Both the position numbers and the translations under genes were made by a program. The notes under the pieces are model-generated. The model was given only the letters and a program-made list of their open reading frames with translations. It searched no databases and was not told the DNA's origin. From assembly GCA_946546175.1 (NCBI GenBank), contig CAMNNY010000144.1:1-44266 (forward strand): a stretch of DNA of 44,266 bases, given 5' to 3'. Source of the DNA: an uncultured Bacteroidales bacterium (lineage in GTDB: Bacteria; Bacteroidota; Bacteroidia; Bacteroidales; UBA932). Below, one piece after another: positions 30,662 to 41,044 of the stretch (positions are counted from its first letter, which is position 1; each line of letters starts with the position of its first letter).

Positions 30662-32203
30662 TCAGCCCAGTATGAGTTTGCGCGCGGCTTCGGCTGCGCG
30701 CATTCCGTCTATGGCCGAAGAGACTATTCCGCCGGAATAACCGGCTCCCTCGCCGCAGGGGAAGATCCCGCTCTCGGAGACGTAAGAGAGGGTCTCCGGA
30801 TCGCGGGGTATACGGATGGGAGAGGAGGTGCGGGACTCCACTCCGAGGAGCAATGCTTCAGAAGTATAGTATCCGCGGATTCTAACTTGTGAGAAAGCAT
30901 CACGAAGCCTGTCGGAGACCAGCTGCGGGAGAATCAGATCGAGCCTTGTGCTCACGGCGCCGGGATGGTAGGAGGTCTGCGGAAGAGTGGCAGAAAGGCG
31001 CCTTTCGCAAAAATCAGTGAGACGCTGGGCGGGCGCCGCCATCGGATTGCTTTCGGGGGCCACCTCACGGACAGCCCTGTACATATCCCTCTCAACCTTC
31101 TGCTGGAAATCAAGGAGCCTGAACGGAGAATCGCCCGGGATATCGCCCGGGTCAATCTGGACGATCACCCCGGAGTTAGCCCAGCGCGAACTGCGCGAGG
31201 AGTTGGACATGCCGTTGAGCACCACAGTTTCGGGCTCAGTCGAGGAAGGTACAAGCACGCCGCCGGGGCACATACAGAAGGAGAAAACTCCCCTGCCTGC
31301 CGACTGCACGACAAACGAATACTCCGCCGCCGGCATACCCGGACGCCACTTCCCGTGGAACTGTGCGGCGTTGATAAGGCTCTGAGGATGCTCGGCACGC
31401 ACTCCGAGCGCGAAGCCTTTGGCCTGCAGCAGGCCTCCGCTCTCCGAGAGCATCTCGTAGATGTCGCGGGCGGAATGGCCGGTGGCGAGTATGACGGCCC
31501 TGGCCTCAAACATTTCTCCAGTGGCGGTCGCGACCTTGAAACTTCCGCCCGGGAGCTTCGATACCGAGACTACCCTGGCTCCGAAACGGTACTCTCCGCC
31601 GTGGTCTGTGACACACTTGCGGATATTCTCCACGACCAGCGGAAGCTTGTCCGAACCTATGTGGGGATGCGCATCTGTCAGGATATCCGCCGAAGCTCCG
31701 AACTCCACCAGGCGGCGCAGCACTTCCATATTGTCGCCGCGCTTTGTCGAGCGGGTGTAGAGCTTTCCGTCGGAGAATGCGCCGGCTCCCCCTTCGCCGA
31801 AACAATAGTTGGAATCAGGATCGACCAGACCTTCCCGGGAGAGTTTGGCCATGTCGAACTTGCGGGCGTGGACGTCTTTGCCCCTCTCGAGCACTACCGG
31901 CCTAAGGCCCAGCGTGAGGAGCCTTACGGCGGCAAACAAACCGGCGGGGCCGGCACCGACCACTATTACCGGCTCGGCTCCATGCACATCGCGTAGCGGA
32001 GGTGGCGGAGTTTCTTCCGGACTCTCGTCGGGCCCGTAGACATCTACCCGATAACGGTAGACGGGGTCCTTGCGCGCATCGATGCTCCTTTTAACTACGA
32101 CTGCCCGAAGGTCACGCCTGCCGGTCATCCGCGCAACGCGCGAGCTGACAGCCTCCTGCGAAAGAGGCCTGTCGAGCGGAGTCGTGATCTCGATGGTTCG
32201 CAT
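30662..32203 (-). CDS. NAD(P)/FAD-dependent oxidoreductase (uncharacterised conserved family)
   Basis: VGAGPAGL, FGEGGAGAFSDGKL, ATGHSARD, FCMCPGG and GEGAGYSGGIVSSA. Confidence 0.88.
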   Translation of the reverse strand: MRTIEITTPLDRPLSQEAVSSRVARMTGRRDLRAVVVKRSIDARKDPVYRYRVDVYGPDESPEETPPPPLRDVHGAEPVIVVGAGPAGLFAAVRLLTLGLRPVVLERGKDVHARKFDMAKLSREGLVDPDSNYCFGEGGAGAFSDGKLYTRSTKRGDNMEVLRRLVEFGASADILTDAHPHIGSDKLPLVVENIRKCVTDHGGEYRFGARVVSVSKLPGGSFKVATATGEMFEARAVILATGHSARDIYEMLSESGGLLQAKGFALGVRAEHPQSLINAAQFHGKWRPGMPAAEYSFVVQSAGRGVFSFCMCPGGVLVPSSTEPETVVLNGMSNSSRSSRWANSGVIVQIDPGDIPGDSPFRLLDFQQKVERDMYRAVREVAPESNPMAAPAQRLTDFCERRLSATLPQTSYHPGAVSTRLDLILPQLVSDRLRDAFSQVRIRGYYTSEALLLGVESRTSSPIRIPRDPETLSYVSESGIFPCGEGAGYSGGIVSSAIDGMRAAEAARKLILG

Positions 32204-32204
32204 C

Positions 32205-33227
32205 TTAGAAATCGGCTATACGGGAAACGGGGGCGACGTCGAGCGGACAGCGCTCGCCTGCAAGGTAGTGGAAATAACCGGCGACGGCTATCATGGCAGC
32301 GTTGTCGGTCGTGAATTTGAATTCGGGGAGGAAGACATTCCAGCCGCGCTTCGCGCCTTCTTCGACCATACGCGAACGAAGACCGCTGTTGGCCGAGACT
32401 CCTCCGCCGATGGCGATATCCTTGATGCCGGTCTGCTTTGCGGCCTTGATAAGTTTGTCCATCAGGATGTCGATAAGCGTCTTCTGGAACGAAGCGCAGA
32501 TATCTTCCTTGTTGTTGTCCATGAACGACGGATCCTTGGCCATCTCGTCACGGACGAAGTAAAGAAGAGAGGTCTTGACCCCGCTGAAACTGTAGTCGAG
32601 CCCGGGTATGTGGGGTTTTGCGAAAGTAAAGCGGTCGGGATTGCCCTGCTTAGCGAGCCGGTCGATGATCGGACCGCCCGGGTAGCCGAGGCCCATCATC
32701 TTCGAGCATTTGTCGAAGGCCTCGCCCACGGCATCGTCGATTGTCTGTCCGAGGATATCGAAGTCCAGTGGAGAATTCACCTTTACGATCTGGGAGTTGC
32801 CTCCGGACACGAGAAGGCAGAGATAAGGGAAGGACGGCTCACGGACGGGCTTGTCTTTTTCGCGGACGAAGCCGGCAAGGATATGTCCCTGGAGGTGGTT
32901 GACCATCACGAGGGGCTTTTCGAGCGAGAGGGCGAGCGATTTTGCGAATGAGGTGCCGACAAGGAGCGAGCCCAGAAGACCGGGACCTCTGGTGAAGGCT
33001 ATCGCAGTGATGTCTTCAGGTTTCACACCGGCCCTTGAGAGAGCCTCGCTCACTACCGGGACGATGTTGAGTTCGTGGGCGCGCGATGCGAGCTCGGGAA
33101 CCACCCCGCCGTAGGCGCGGTGCACATCCTGACTCGCTATGACATTGGACAGGAGCACCCTGTCCGAGAGAACTGCGGCCGAAGTATCGTCGCAGGAGGA
33201 CTCTATTCCGAGTATTATATCTGCCAT
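32205..33227 (-). CDS. tsaD: tRNA N6-threonylcarbamoyladenosine transferase TsaD
   Basis: ILGIESSCDDT, GGVVPELASRAH, NHLQGH, DDAVGEAFDK and TDNAAMIA. The true start is ATG 33227. Confidence 0.97.
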   Translation of the reverse strand: MADIILGIESSCDDTSAAVLSDRVLLSNVIASQDVHRAYGGVVPELASRAHELNIVPVVSEALSRAGVKPEDITAIAFTRGPGLLGSLLVGTSFAKSLALSLEKPLVMVNHLQGHILAGFVREKDKPVREPSFPYLCLLVSGGNSQIVKVNSPLDFDILGQTIDDAVGEAFDKCSKMMGLGYPGGPIIDRLAKQGNPDRFTFAKPHIPGLDYSFSGVKTSLLYFVRDEMAKDPSFMDNNKEDICASFQKTLIDILMDKLIKAAKQTGIKDIAIGGGVSANSGLRSRMVEEGAKRGWNVFLPEFKFTTDNAAMIAVAGYFHYLAGERCPLDVAPVSRIADF

Positions 33228-33235
33228 ACTGGCCC

Positions 33236-33272
33236 CAAAGTTAGTAATATTCGCCGAATTTCTGTACATTTG
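33236..33272. promoter_or_regulatory. Divergent -7 boxes for tsaD and tamB
   Basis: TAACTTTG on the minus strand (33236-33243) and TACATTTG on the plus strand (33265-33272). Confidence 0.7.
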
Positions 33273-33278
33273 TAGGTT

Positions 33279-36200
33279 ATGGCAAAAAAACGGGGCTGGA
33301 AAATAATCGCACGCGCTGCAGAAGTGATCGCCGTCGCTTTGGCGGCCGCTCTTCTCGTGCTCCATATCCCCTCCGTTCAGGCTTACCTCGGCCATAAAGC
33401 CCTCGCCAAAGCGAGCAAGGCAATGGGCTCTGAGATCTCCTTTTCCAAGGTCAGGATCGTACCCTTCAGAACGCTCGTAATCGAAGACGCCGCCCTGGTA
33501 GGCAGCGCTTCCTACGCCAAGGCGGACACGCTGCTCTACGCACGCAAGCTCAGCGCCACTTTCTCCCTTAAGGGCCTGCTTCAGGCCGGCGACGAAGGGG
33601 TGTACCTCGACCGTCTCAATGCCGAAGGGCTCCTGTTCAACTACGTCATTTTCGACCCCGACAGCTGCGCCCATACCGGCAACCTTACCCACATATTCAA
33701 AATTGTCGAAGACAAGGACGCCCTCCCCTACGAGATGCCCGACCTCTTCAATATAGGACGGGTCTATCTCAAAGACTCCAAGGTCAGGATGCTCAACCTC
33801 TCGAGCGATTCCGACTACAAATACAGCGGCCACGGAATCAACTGGTTCGACCTGGACCTCGACATCCACACGGCCCGTCTGCGCAACATGAAGTACCTCG
33901 GAGGCCGGATGTCCATGGACATAGACGACGTGCAGGCTACCGAAAAGTGCGGGTTCTCGGTACGGGCCTCGGGGTCGATGTCGACCGGTTTCAACCCGTC
34001 GGCGGGTCCGGGAGAGCCGCTCGGCCTGGTGGAGGTCACCGGAGCCCTGATTACCGACGAATGGTCCCGCCTCGACATACCCTACTATGCGATGATCTAT
34101 GAGAAATCAAGCGATTTCTCAGACTACCTCAACAAGATAGACATGAGACTGCGGCTGCGCCACAGCCGTCTGGCGATGAAGACGGTAGCCGCCTATTCCG
34201 GCATTTTTGCCGACAGTCCCGTCTTGCTCGACATCCGCAAAGGTTCAGCCCGCGGCCCCGTCAACGACCTCCATGTGCAGGGGCTCGATCTGACCGACCT
34301 CTATTCGGGCACTTCCGCCGACCTCGACTTCGTAATGACAAACCTGATCCTCACGGACAGGGAGCCGGACATAGCGGCCGATGTACGCAGCCTCGACTTC
34401 ACCACCAGATCGCTCACCGAACTCATCGGCGGCCTGGCGCCCCAGGCCGGCATCGACCTTACCGACTTCGCGAAACACGCAAAGGCCAGGTTCACCGGTT
34501 CGGCCAGGGGGTGGATTACCCACATGCGCACCGACGGAGCGTTCTACACCAACTACGGCGACATCAGGGTCAACGCCTCCACAAGCCATCTCGACACCGT
34601 CCGGGACAACCGCAATGCCTTCAGTTTCGACGGTCGGCTCTCGCTTGAGGACGCAGACCTCGGCGAGTTCATGGACGCGCGCGAACTCGGGCCGACCACG
34701 ATGACCATCACAGCCGCCGGCGATTTCAACAAGCACGTCACGAAGGCGCAGATCGACACCTTCAAGATAGACTATATCACGGCTCTGGGCTACCGCTACG
34801 AAGGCATCAGGGGCAACGGTCACTTCGATGACGGCGACCTGAGGGCCAACCTCCTCAGTACCGACCCCAACGCCAATCTCTACTTCAACGGCCACGTTTC
34901 CACCAAACTCAGCCGCAAGGGTTATTACTCCGCAGGAGGAGACCTCAACATAGCCAACCTGGACCTCGAGAAGATCGGGCTCGATGGGCGCGGAGGAGGC
35001 TCCGCCTTCCGCGGATTCGTCCACGCCGACGCCTCCCTTGACACCCTGGGCAACATCTTCGGAATGGTCGAGGGCGTCAACATCCGATACATCACGGACG
35101 CACTCACCAACGACATAGGCAATTTCACCCTGACCTTCAACGACATGTCGGAGACTGAATCGGCCGGAGTCAGCAGCCACAAAATGACTCTCAACAGTCC
35201 CGTTTTCGGCAGCGTCGGCTACCGGTCTTCGACCATCCCGGTCACGAAGTTCCCTGCGTTCTTCAAGGATGCCGTACTGTGCAAGTATCTGCCGTCTGCC
35301 GTCGGACATGAGTATACGGGGCCCGCAGACGGCCAGTATTTCACGATTGATGTCAATCTCAATGACACGCAGGCCCTACTATCCCCTCTCAAGACAGATA
35401 TTTATGTCAACTCCGGCACCTCCGCAAGGCTTAGTCTCTCCAAGTCAGGGAGCCTGTCGGCATCCTTTGATTCGGACAACATAAGGGTCGGAGACATTCG
35501 CATCAAGGGTATCCAGCTAAGCGGCAGCGAGAACGGCCAGGCCTTCCGACTGAGAACCGTGGGGCCCATCACCGTGAACCTTCCGGACATGCAGATTACC
35601 GACGTGGAGGTTTCGGCCTCGCTTCTGCCCGACAGCCTCCGGTTCAATGCATCAGCCCTCAGCACAAGGATCGAATCCGCTTCACTCTCACTCGATGCCG
35701 GCTTCTACCGTGACCCTCAGGGCGCATTCTCGATCCGCGGATACATGGGCGATTCAGACATTGTTTTCGACGGCGAGCGCTGGACTTTCAAAAAAGGCTG
35801 CGTCGACTACCATACCGGAGGTGATCTCTATGTCAGGGACATGGGACTTCAGTATGGAGACCAGAACCTTTCGATAGACGGAGCCGTCTCCCGGACCGAT
35901 CCGGCCGAGATGCGCCTCAGCCTCAAGGATTTCGACCTTTCGATTATAAACCACTTCCTCAGTTCCGAGTCCAACCTCGCCTTCGGCGGCTACCTGGACG
36001 GAGATGCGAGTTACAGGACTCCGATCGAAAGCAATGCCGGGCTGGACATGTCGCTTCGCTGCCCCGACCTTAGGATAGGCGGCGCCGGAGTGGGAGCCGT
36101 CAACATTGAGGCCAACATGGACGACGAATACGACAACCGTATAATCTTCAAGGCTTCACATGTTTCCCCTTCCGGAATCGAAGACATCAGGATCAGGGAA

Positions 36201-37880
36201 AACGAATCGAGTTTCGACCTCAACTCCAAAAACCTCAAGGCGACCATCCTCCTGAACAGACTCGACCCCGCGATCGTGCAACCTCTGCTCGCCGATGCCG
36301 TAAGCTTCGGGCGAGGTTCGATCGAGGGCAAAGTCTGCGCCGACTACACCATCGGCCAGGAGAAAATCGATCTCAGCAAGACTTATCTCTCCCTCGTCGA
36401 CACTCTTACCGTCCTGCCGACGGGCGTGAAATACGCGCTCGACGCCGACATCAGGGGCGACCGCAAGGGTATCGAAATCAGGGAATTCAACATCAAAGAC
36501 TTCCGTGGAGGTTCCGCCGTGATCGGAGGGCGGCTCAGCAAGCTGTCTGCCGCACTCAACAGTCTGGAAGTCGTCAGCGACAAAGGCAACACCGAGATGT
36601 TCAGCGGTCACCTGTTTGCAAGCGGCAAGCTTGACCTCAAGGCCGAAGACAGCAAGACTTTCAGGCTTGGGGCAGATCTGTCCACCGCGCGCAGCGGCAG
36701 TCTTAAAGTCTCGATGGGCGGTCTGTCGAAGCAGGAAGAATCGATGCTGACTTTCGTCCCCGCCCCGACCGAAGAAGACGAGGAAGAAGAGGAAGAGGCG
36801 ATCTCGCCCCGCCAGATTGTAATCCAAAGCGCAGAGCCTTCTGAAGGCGGGGTCAGGCTCCTTGCCGACGTAAACCTTTCCACCACACCGGAGGTGCAGC
36901 TCACCGCCGAACTCGACGATCGCGGCGAGAACGCGATTACCGTCGGAGGCAACGGAGTTGTCCACGCTTCTTTCGACTCCCAGTCGGGAGAGACCGTCCT
37001 CGTAGGAGACTACACCATCACGGAAGGCCGTCTCAAGATGTCGGCCGCGGGCGTTTTCAGCAAGGACTTCGACATCGCCGAAGGCAGTTCAGTCAAGTTT
37101 ACAGGCGATCTGATGGACACCGAACTCAACATCACCGCCAACAACACCGTAAGGGCCTCCCTCACTCCCCTTCTTGCCGATACCACCGCCGTGGCAACCA
37201 TCAGAGACGTCATCTGCGGCATTACCGTCAGCGAAAGGCTGCGCAGTCCCAAGCTCGCTTTCAGTGTGGAAGTTCCCGATCTCGACCCGACCACCCAGAG
37301 TATAGTCGAAGGCGAACTCAACACCGAGGACAAGATACAAAAGCAGTTCCTTGCACTCGTTGCAACCGGAGGATTCATCCCCGGCAATCAGGGCGGAATC
37401 ACCAACCAGCTGGGCCCCGGACTGATTCTGAGCAATCTATCGGCGCTCGCTGCCGGACAGGTAACCAACCTCCTCCGGCGGGCAGGAATCCCCGTCAATG
37501 TGGGTATGGTCTACATTCCCCACTCCAGCGGCAACGACGTGGTCGACGTCAACCTCTCGACCCAGATGTTCGACAACAGAGTGGTGGTCACCGGTTCCGT
37601 GGGCAACAGGCAATACGGAGCGACCAGCGAGCAGGACCTTGTCGGCGACATCGACGTGGAGATCAAGATCGACAAGACCGGAAGACTGCGCGCAAAACTC
37701 TTCTCACACTCTGCCGACGACTATACCAACTACCTGGACAATTCCCAGCGAAGCGGCGTCGGTGTGTCTTACCAACGCGAATTCAACCACCTTGGGGACT
37801 TCTTCAGGGACATCTTCAGAAAACGCCACAAAGAAGAACTTGAGCCGGCACCAGCCCAAAAGACAATCACTATAGACTGA
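33279..37880 (+). CDS. tamB: TamB/AsmA-like translocation and assembly module protein
   Basis: N-terminal TM anchor, about 1500 aa of beta-strand repeats and a DUF490-like C-terminus. Lies divergent from tsaD. Confidence 0.82.
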   Translation: MAKKRGWKIIARAAEVIAVALAAALLVLHIPSVQAYLGHKALAKASKAMGSEISFSKVRIVPFRTLVIEDAALVGSASYAKADTLLYARKLSATFSLKGLLQAGDEGVYLDRLNAEGLLFNYVIFDPDSCAHTGNLTHIFKIVEDKDALPYEMPDLFNIGRVYLKDSKVRMLNLSSDSDYKYSGHGINWFDLDLDIHTARLRNMKYLGGRMSMDIDDVQATEKCGFSVRASGSMSTGFNPSAGPGEPLGLVEVTGALITDEWSRLDIPYYAMIYEKSSDFSDYLNKIDMRLRLRHSRLAMKTVAAYSGIFADSPVLLDIRKGSARGPVNDLHVQGLDLTDLYSGTSADLDFVMTNLILTDREPDIAADVRSLDFTTRSLTELIGGLAPQAGIDLTDFAKHAKARFTGSARGWITHMRTDGAFYTNYGDIRVNASTSHLDTVRDNRNAFSFDGRLSLEDADLGEFMDARELGPTTMTITAAGDFNKHVTKAQIDTFKIDYITALGYRYEGIRGNGHFDDGDLRANLLSTDPNANLYFNGHVSTKLSRKGYYSAGGDLNIANLDLEKIGLDGRGGGSAFRGFVHADASLDTLGNIFGMVEGVNIRYITDALTNDIGNFTLTFNDMSETESAGVSSHKMTLNSPVFGSVGYRSSTIPVTKFPAFFKDAVLCKYLPSAVGHEYTGPADGQYFTIDVNLNDTQALLSPLKTDIYVNSGTSARLSLSKSGSLSASFDSDNIRVGDIRIKGIQLSGSENGQAFRLRTVGPITVNLPDMQITDVEVSASLLPDSLRFNASALSTRIESASLSLDAGFYRDPQGAFSIRGYMGDSDIVFDGERWTFKKGCVDYHTGGDLYVRDMGLQYGDQNLSIDGAVSRTDPAEMRLSLKDFDLSIINHFLSSESNLAFGGYLDGDASYRTPIESNAGLDMSLRCPDLRIGGAGVGAVNIEANMDDEYDNRIIFKASHVSPSGIEDIRIRENESSFDLNSKNLKATILLNRLDPAIVQPLLADAVSFGRGSIEGKVCADYTIGQEKIDLSKTYLSLVDTLTVLPTGVKYALDADIRGDRKGIEIREFNIKDFRGGSAVIGGRLSKLSAALNSLEVVSDKGNTEMFSGHLFASGKLDLKAEDSKTFRLGADLSTARSGSLKVSMGGLSKQEESMLTFVPAPTEEDEEEEEEAISPRQIVIQSAEPSEGGVRLLADVNLSTTPEVQLTAELDDRGENAITVGGNGVVHASFDSQSGETVLVGDYTITEGRLKMSAAGVFSKDFDIAEGSSVKFTGDLMDTELNITANNTVRASLTPLLADTTAVATIRDVICGITVSERLRSPKLAFSVEVPDLDPTTQSIVEGELNTEDKIQKQFLALVATGGFIPGNQGGITNQLGPGLILSNLSALAAGQVTNLLRRAGIPVNVGMVYIPHSSGNDVVDVNLSTQMFDNRVVVTGSVGNRQYGATSEQDLVGDIDVEIKIDKTGRLRAKLFSHSADDYTNYLDNSQRSGVGVSYQREFNHLGDFFRDIFRKRHKEELEPAPAQKTITID

Positions 37881-38587
37881 TGGATTACGGAAAACTATAT
37901 CTCATACCCTCGCCGCTGGGCGACGGCGACCCCGCGGAAGTGATCCCGGGACCCACCCTGGCGCTTTTGCAGACTATCAAGACCTATGTGGTCGAAAACG
38001 AGCGCACTGTGCGCCGTTACCTCTCACGGGCGGGGCTCAAGGGGCATATTTCCGAATTGAAGATGGTCGAGCTCAGCGAGCACACTTCCGAGCAGGAGGT
38101 GGAGGCGATGGTCTCGCTTTTCGAGGGCGGCGCGCCTGTCGGCCTCATCAGCGAAGCGGGGCTTCCGGCCGTTGCCGACCCGGGCGCCGCCCTCGTCGCA
38201 CTGTGCCACCGCCGCGGCATCGAAGTAGTCCCCCTGGTGGGGCCGTCCTCGCTTATGATGGCCCTGATGGGCAGCGGTCTCAACGGGCAGTCGTTTGCCT
38301 TCAGAGGCTACCTGCCGGCCAAGACCGACGAGCGCCGCAGCGCGATCCGCGAGATCGAACGCACTTCCGGTCAGTTCCGCCAGACCCAGATCATCATCGA
38401 AACTCCCTACCGCAACGACGCGCTGCTTTCTGACCTTCTCGCCGGACTTTCGGACACTACCATGCTCTGCCTCGCCGCAGACATCACGCTTCCGACCCAG
38501 TTTATCAAGACTCTTCCGGTAGCTCTCTGGAAGAAACAGCATCTTACGATAGGCAAACGCCCCTGCGTATTTCTTGTACTCAAATGA
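37880..38587 (+). CDS. SAM-dependent methyltransferase, RsmI-like tetrapyrrole methylase family
   Basis: LYLIPSPLG, SEAGLPAVADPG, GPSS, FRGYLP and ETPYRN. Confidence 0.88.
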   Translation: MDYGKLYLIPSPLGDGDPAEVIPGPTLALLQTIKTYVVENERTVRRYLSRAGLKGHISELKMVELSEHTSEQEVEAMVSLFEGGAPVGLISEAGLPAVADPGAALVALCHRRGIEVVPLVGPSSLMMALMGSGLNGQSFAFRGYLPAKTDERRSAIREIERTSGQFRQTQIIIETPYRNDALLSDLLAGLSDTTMLCLAADITLPTQFIKTLPVALWKKQHLTIGKRPCVFLVLK

Positions 38588-38937
38588 AAGGAACGATAGA
38601 ACTTAACGGTATGCAGTTCTACGCATACCATGGCTGCCTCGACTTCGAGCGCGAAGAAGGAACAGACTACACCGTCGACTTCAGCGCTGAGCTCGACATC
38701 GCCAAAGCCGCCGCGAGCGACAGGCTCGAAGACACCCTCGACTACGGTCGCGTCTACGAGATTATCTCGGAGCAGATGGACATCCCTTCAAACCTTCTCG
38801 AGAACCTCGCCGGACGCATCATCTCCGCGATCAGGGCCGAGTACCCGGAAGTCGGGCATATCACCTTGAGAATAGCCAAGATGAAGCCCCCTGTAGCCGG
38901 CGATATGCCCTCGGCTGTCCTTACCGTCGAAGACTGA
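38584..38937 (+). CDS. folB: Dihydroneopterin aldolase
   Basis: FYAYHG...ER, SDRLEDTLDY, NLLENLA and KMKPP. Confidence 0.93.
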   Translation: MKGTIELNGMQFYAYHGCLDFEREEGTDYTVDFSAELDIAKAAASDRLEDTLDYGRVYEIISEQMDIPSNLLENLAGRIISAIRAEYPEVGHITLRIAKMKPPVAGDMPSAVLTVED

Positions 38938-38939
38938 AG

Positions 38940-40184
38940 ATGACAAAAAGAATCGCATTTCTGACCCTCGGGTGTAAGCTCAACTACGCCGAAACCTCCA
39001 CCTACGAGCGCGGATTCCGCGACGCAGGTCTCGAAGTCGTGCCGTGGAGGGCGGGGGCTGACCTCTACCTTATCAACACCTGCTCTGTGACGGCCACAGC
39101 CGATTCCAAGTCCAGGAATCTCGTGCGCAAAGTCCTTCGTATCAATCCGTCCGCCAAGGTGATAGTCACCGGCTGTTCCGCCCAGCTTCGGCGCGCCGAC
39201 TACGAGCGCATCGAGGGCGTCTGGAAGGTCTTCGGCTGCTCGGAGAAGTCCGCCGTGGTGCCGGACTGCCTCGATGCGCTGGGCCTGGGCGCGCCCTGCT
39301 CCAATGCTCCCCTTTCCGATGTGTTCGGAGCTTACAGCACCGGAGAGCGCACGCGCAGTTTCCTCAAGGTCCAGGACGGATGCGACAATCTGTGCAATTA
39401 CTGCACTGTCCCCTATGCCCGCGGCTCGAGCCGCAATATCCCAGTATGCGAATGCGTGAAAATGGCCCGGGAGATCGCCGCGGACGGGGTGAAAGAAATA
39501 GTGCTCACCGGCGTCAACACCGGAGATTTCGGCAAAACTACAGGCGAAAGTTTCCTCTCGCTCCTGAAGGCTCTGGACGAAGTAAAGGGCATCGAGCGCT
39601 ACAGGATTTCGAGCATCGAGCCTAATCTGCTCTCCGACGAGATCATCGACTGGATTGCCACGGGGCGCACCAAGTTCCAACCCCATTTCCACATACCCCT
39701 CCAGGTCGGCTGCGACGAACTGCTCTCCGCAATGGGCAGGCGCTACACTACAGCCTTTTTCGCCGCCAAGATCGACTACATCCGTTCACGGATGGGCACC
39801 GGCGTATTCTTTGGAATAGATGTGATGGCAGGCCTGCCAGGCGAGACGCCCGAGCTTTTCGACAAGACGGTGGCGTTCCTGCAGCAGATCAGGCCGGCGT
39901 TCATCCATGTATTCCCCTATTCCCGCAGGCCCGGCACTCCCGCCGCATCTTATCCCGGACAGGTTTCCGAAGACGAGAAGAAACGCAGGGTCGCCGTGCT
40001 CGAAGAGCTCTGCTCGCGCCTCCACGACGAGTTCGTGCTCTCGCAGAAAGGGACCAGGGTCAGCGTGCTGTTCGAATCGAAGGAGAAAGGCGGCCTTATG
40101 GGCGGGTATTCCGGCAATTACATAAGGGTCACGAGGCCCTTCGACCCTGAGCTGTCGGGAAAAATAGTTGATGTGACACTATGA
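38940..40184 (+). CDS. mtaB: tRNA t6A methylthiotransferase MtaB (radical SAM)
   Basis: TLGCKLNYAE, NTCSVT, KVQDGCDNLCNYC, RISSIEP and HVFPYSRRPGT. Confidence 0.92.
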   Translation: MTKRIAFLTLGCKLNYAETSTYERGFRDAGLEVVPWRAGADLYLINTCSVTATADSKSRNLVRKVLRINPSAKVIVTGCSAQLRRADYERIEGVWKVFGCSEKSAVVPDCLDALGLGAPCSNAPLSDVFGAYSTGERTRSFLKVQDGCDNLCNYCTVPYARGSSRNIPVCECVKMAREIAADGVKEIVLTGVNTGDFGKTTGESFLSLLKALDEVKGIERYRISSIEPNLLSDEIIDWIATGRTKFQPHFHIPLQVGCDELLSAMGRRYTTAFFAAKIDYIRSRMGTGVFFGIDVMAGLPGETPELFDKTVAFLQQIRPAFIHVFPYSRRPGTPAASYPGQVSEDEKKRRVAVLEELCSRLHDEFVLSQKGTRVSVLFESKEKGGLMGGYSGNYIRVTRPFDPELSGKIVDVTL

Positions 40185-41044
40185 GCGTAAAACTTACTTT
40201 TCTGGGCACTGGCACATCCCAGGGCGTGCCGATCATTGCATGCGACTGCCCGGTCTGCACCTCGGCAGACCCGCGCGACAACCGTCTGCGCTCCTCTGTA
40301 CTGGTGGAGTACGGCGGTCTTACCATCGTGGTCGACTGCGGTCCTGATTTTCGTCTCCAGATGCTACGCGCGGGCGTAAAACATCTCGATGCCGTGCTCC
40401 TCACCCACAACCATAAAGACCATACCGGCGGGCTCGACGAGCTGCGCTCCTTCAACCTCATGGAGCGAAAGCCCGTCAATATCTACTGCGAGCCCTATGT
40501 CGAGCACTCAATGCGCCAGGAATACAGTTACGCCTTCACCGAGCCCCATTACCCCGGGGCCCCGGAGTGGAGGGTCCACAACATAGATGGAGCTCACCCC
40601 TTCAAGGTCCATTCCAACGCTTGCGAGCCCACTTTGGTCTGGGAATCCGCCAAGGGCTACCACTACGAAAGGCCCGAGTTCGATGGTCCCGTTACCGAGG
40701 TTGAGATTGTTCCCATCCAGGGCTGGCACCACAAGAAAAAGGTCCTGTCCGTGCTCGGTTACCGCTTCGGCGACATCGCCTACCTGACTGACATGAACCT
40801 GATCGAAGATGAAGAATTCGAGAAGCTCAAAGGGCTTAAAGCCGTGACCATCAACTGCGTCAAGCGAACGGGCCACTTCTCGCATTTCTCGCTTCCCGAA
40901 GCATTGGAGTTCTTTGAGCGTGTCGGCGCTGAGCAGTCTTACATCACCCACATGTCGCACATGCTCCCCTGCCACGCCGATCTCGACGCCGAACTTCCGG
41001 CGAATGTCCATCCCGCCTACGACGGACTCGTGATTGAAGGCTAG
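40181..41044 (+). CDS. Metallo-beta-lactamase-fold hydrolase (PhnP-like)
   Basis: [38 protein letters not shown] and AYDGL. Confidence 0.9.
   Translation: MSVKLTFLGTGTSQGVPIIACDCPVCTSADPRDNRLRSSVLVEYGGLTIVVDCGPDFRLQMLRAGVKHLDAVLLTHNHKDHTGGLDELRSFNLMERKPVNIYCEPYVEHSMRQEYSYAFTEPHYPGAPEWRVHNIDGAHPFKVHSNACEPTLVWESAKGYHYERPEFDGPVTEVEIVPIQGWHHKKKVLSVLGYRFGDIAYLTDMNLIEDEEFEKLKGLKAVTINCVKRTGHFSHFSLPEALEFFERVGAEQSYITHMSHMLPCHADLDAELPANVHPAYDGLVIEG

Noticed and set aside
33228-33869. 213-aa N-terminal extension on the TsaD ORF
   Set aside because: It overlaps tamB on the opposite strand. The TsaD motifs begin at ATG 33227, which follows a promoter box.
36771-36798. Purine-rich GAA/GAG run in tamB
   Set aside because: It encodes an in-frame acidic linker (EEDEEEEEE) with mixed codons, so it is not a phase-variable tract.
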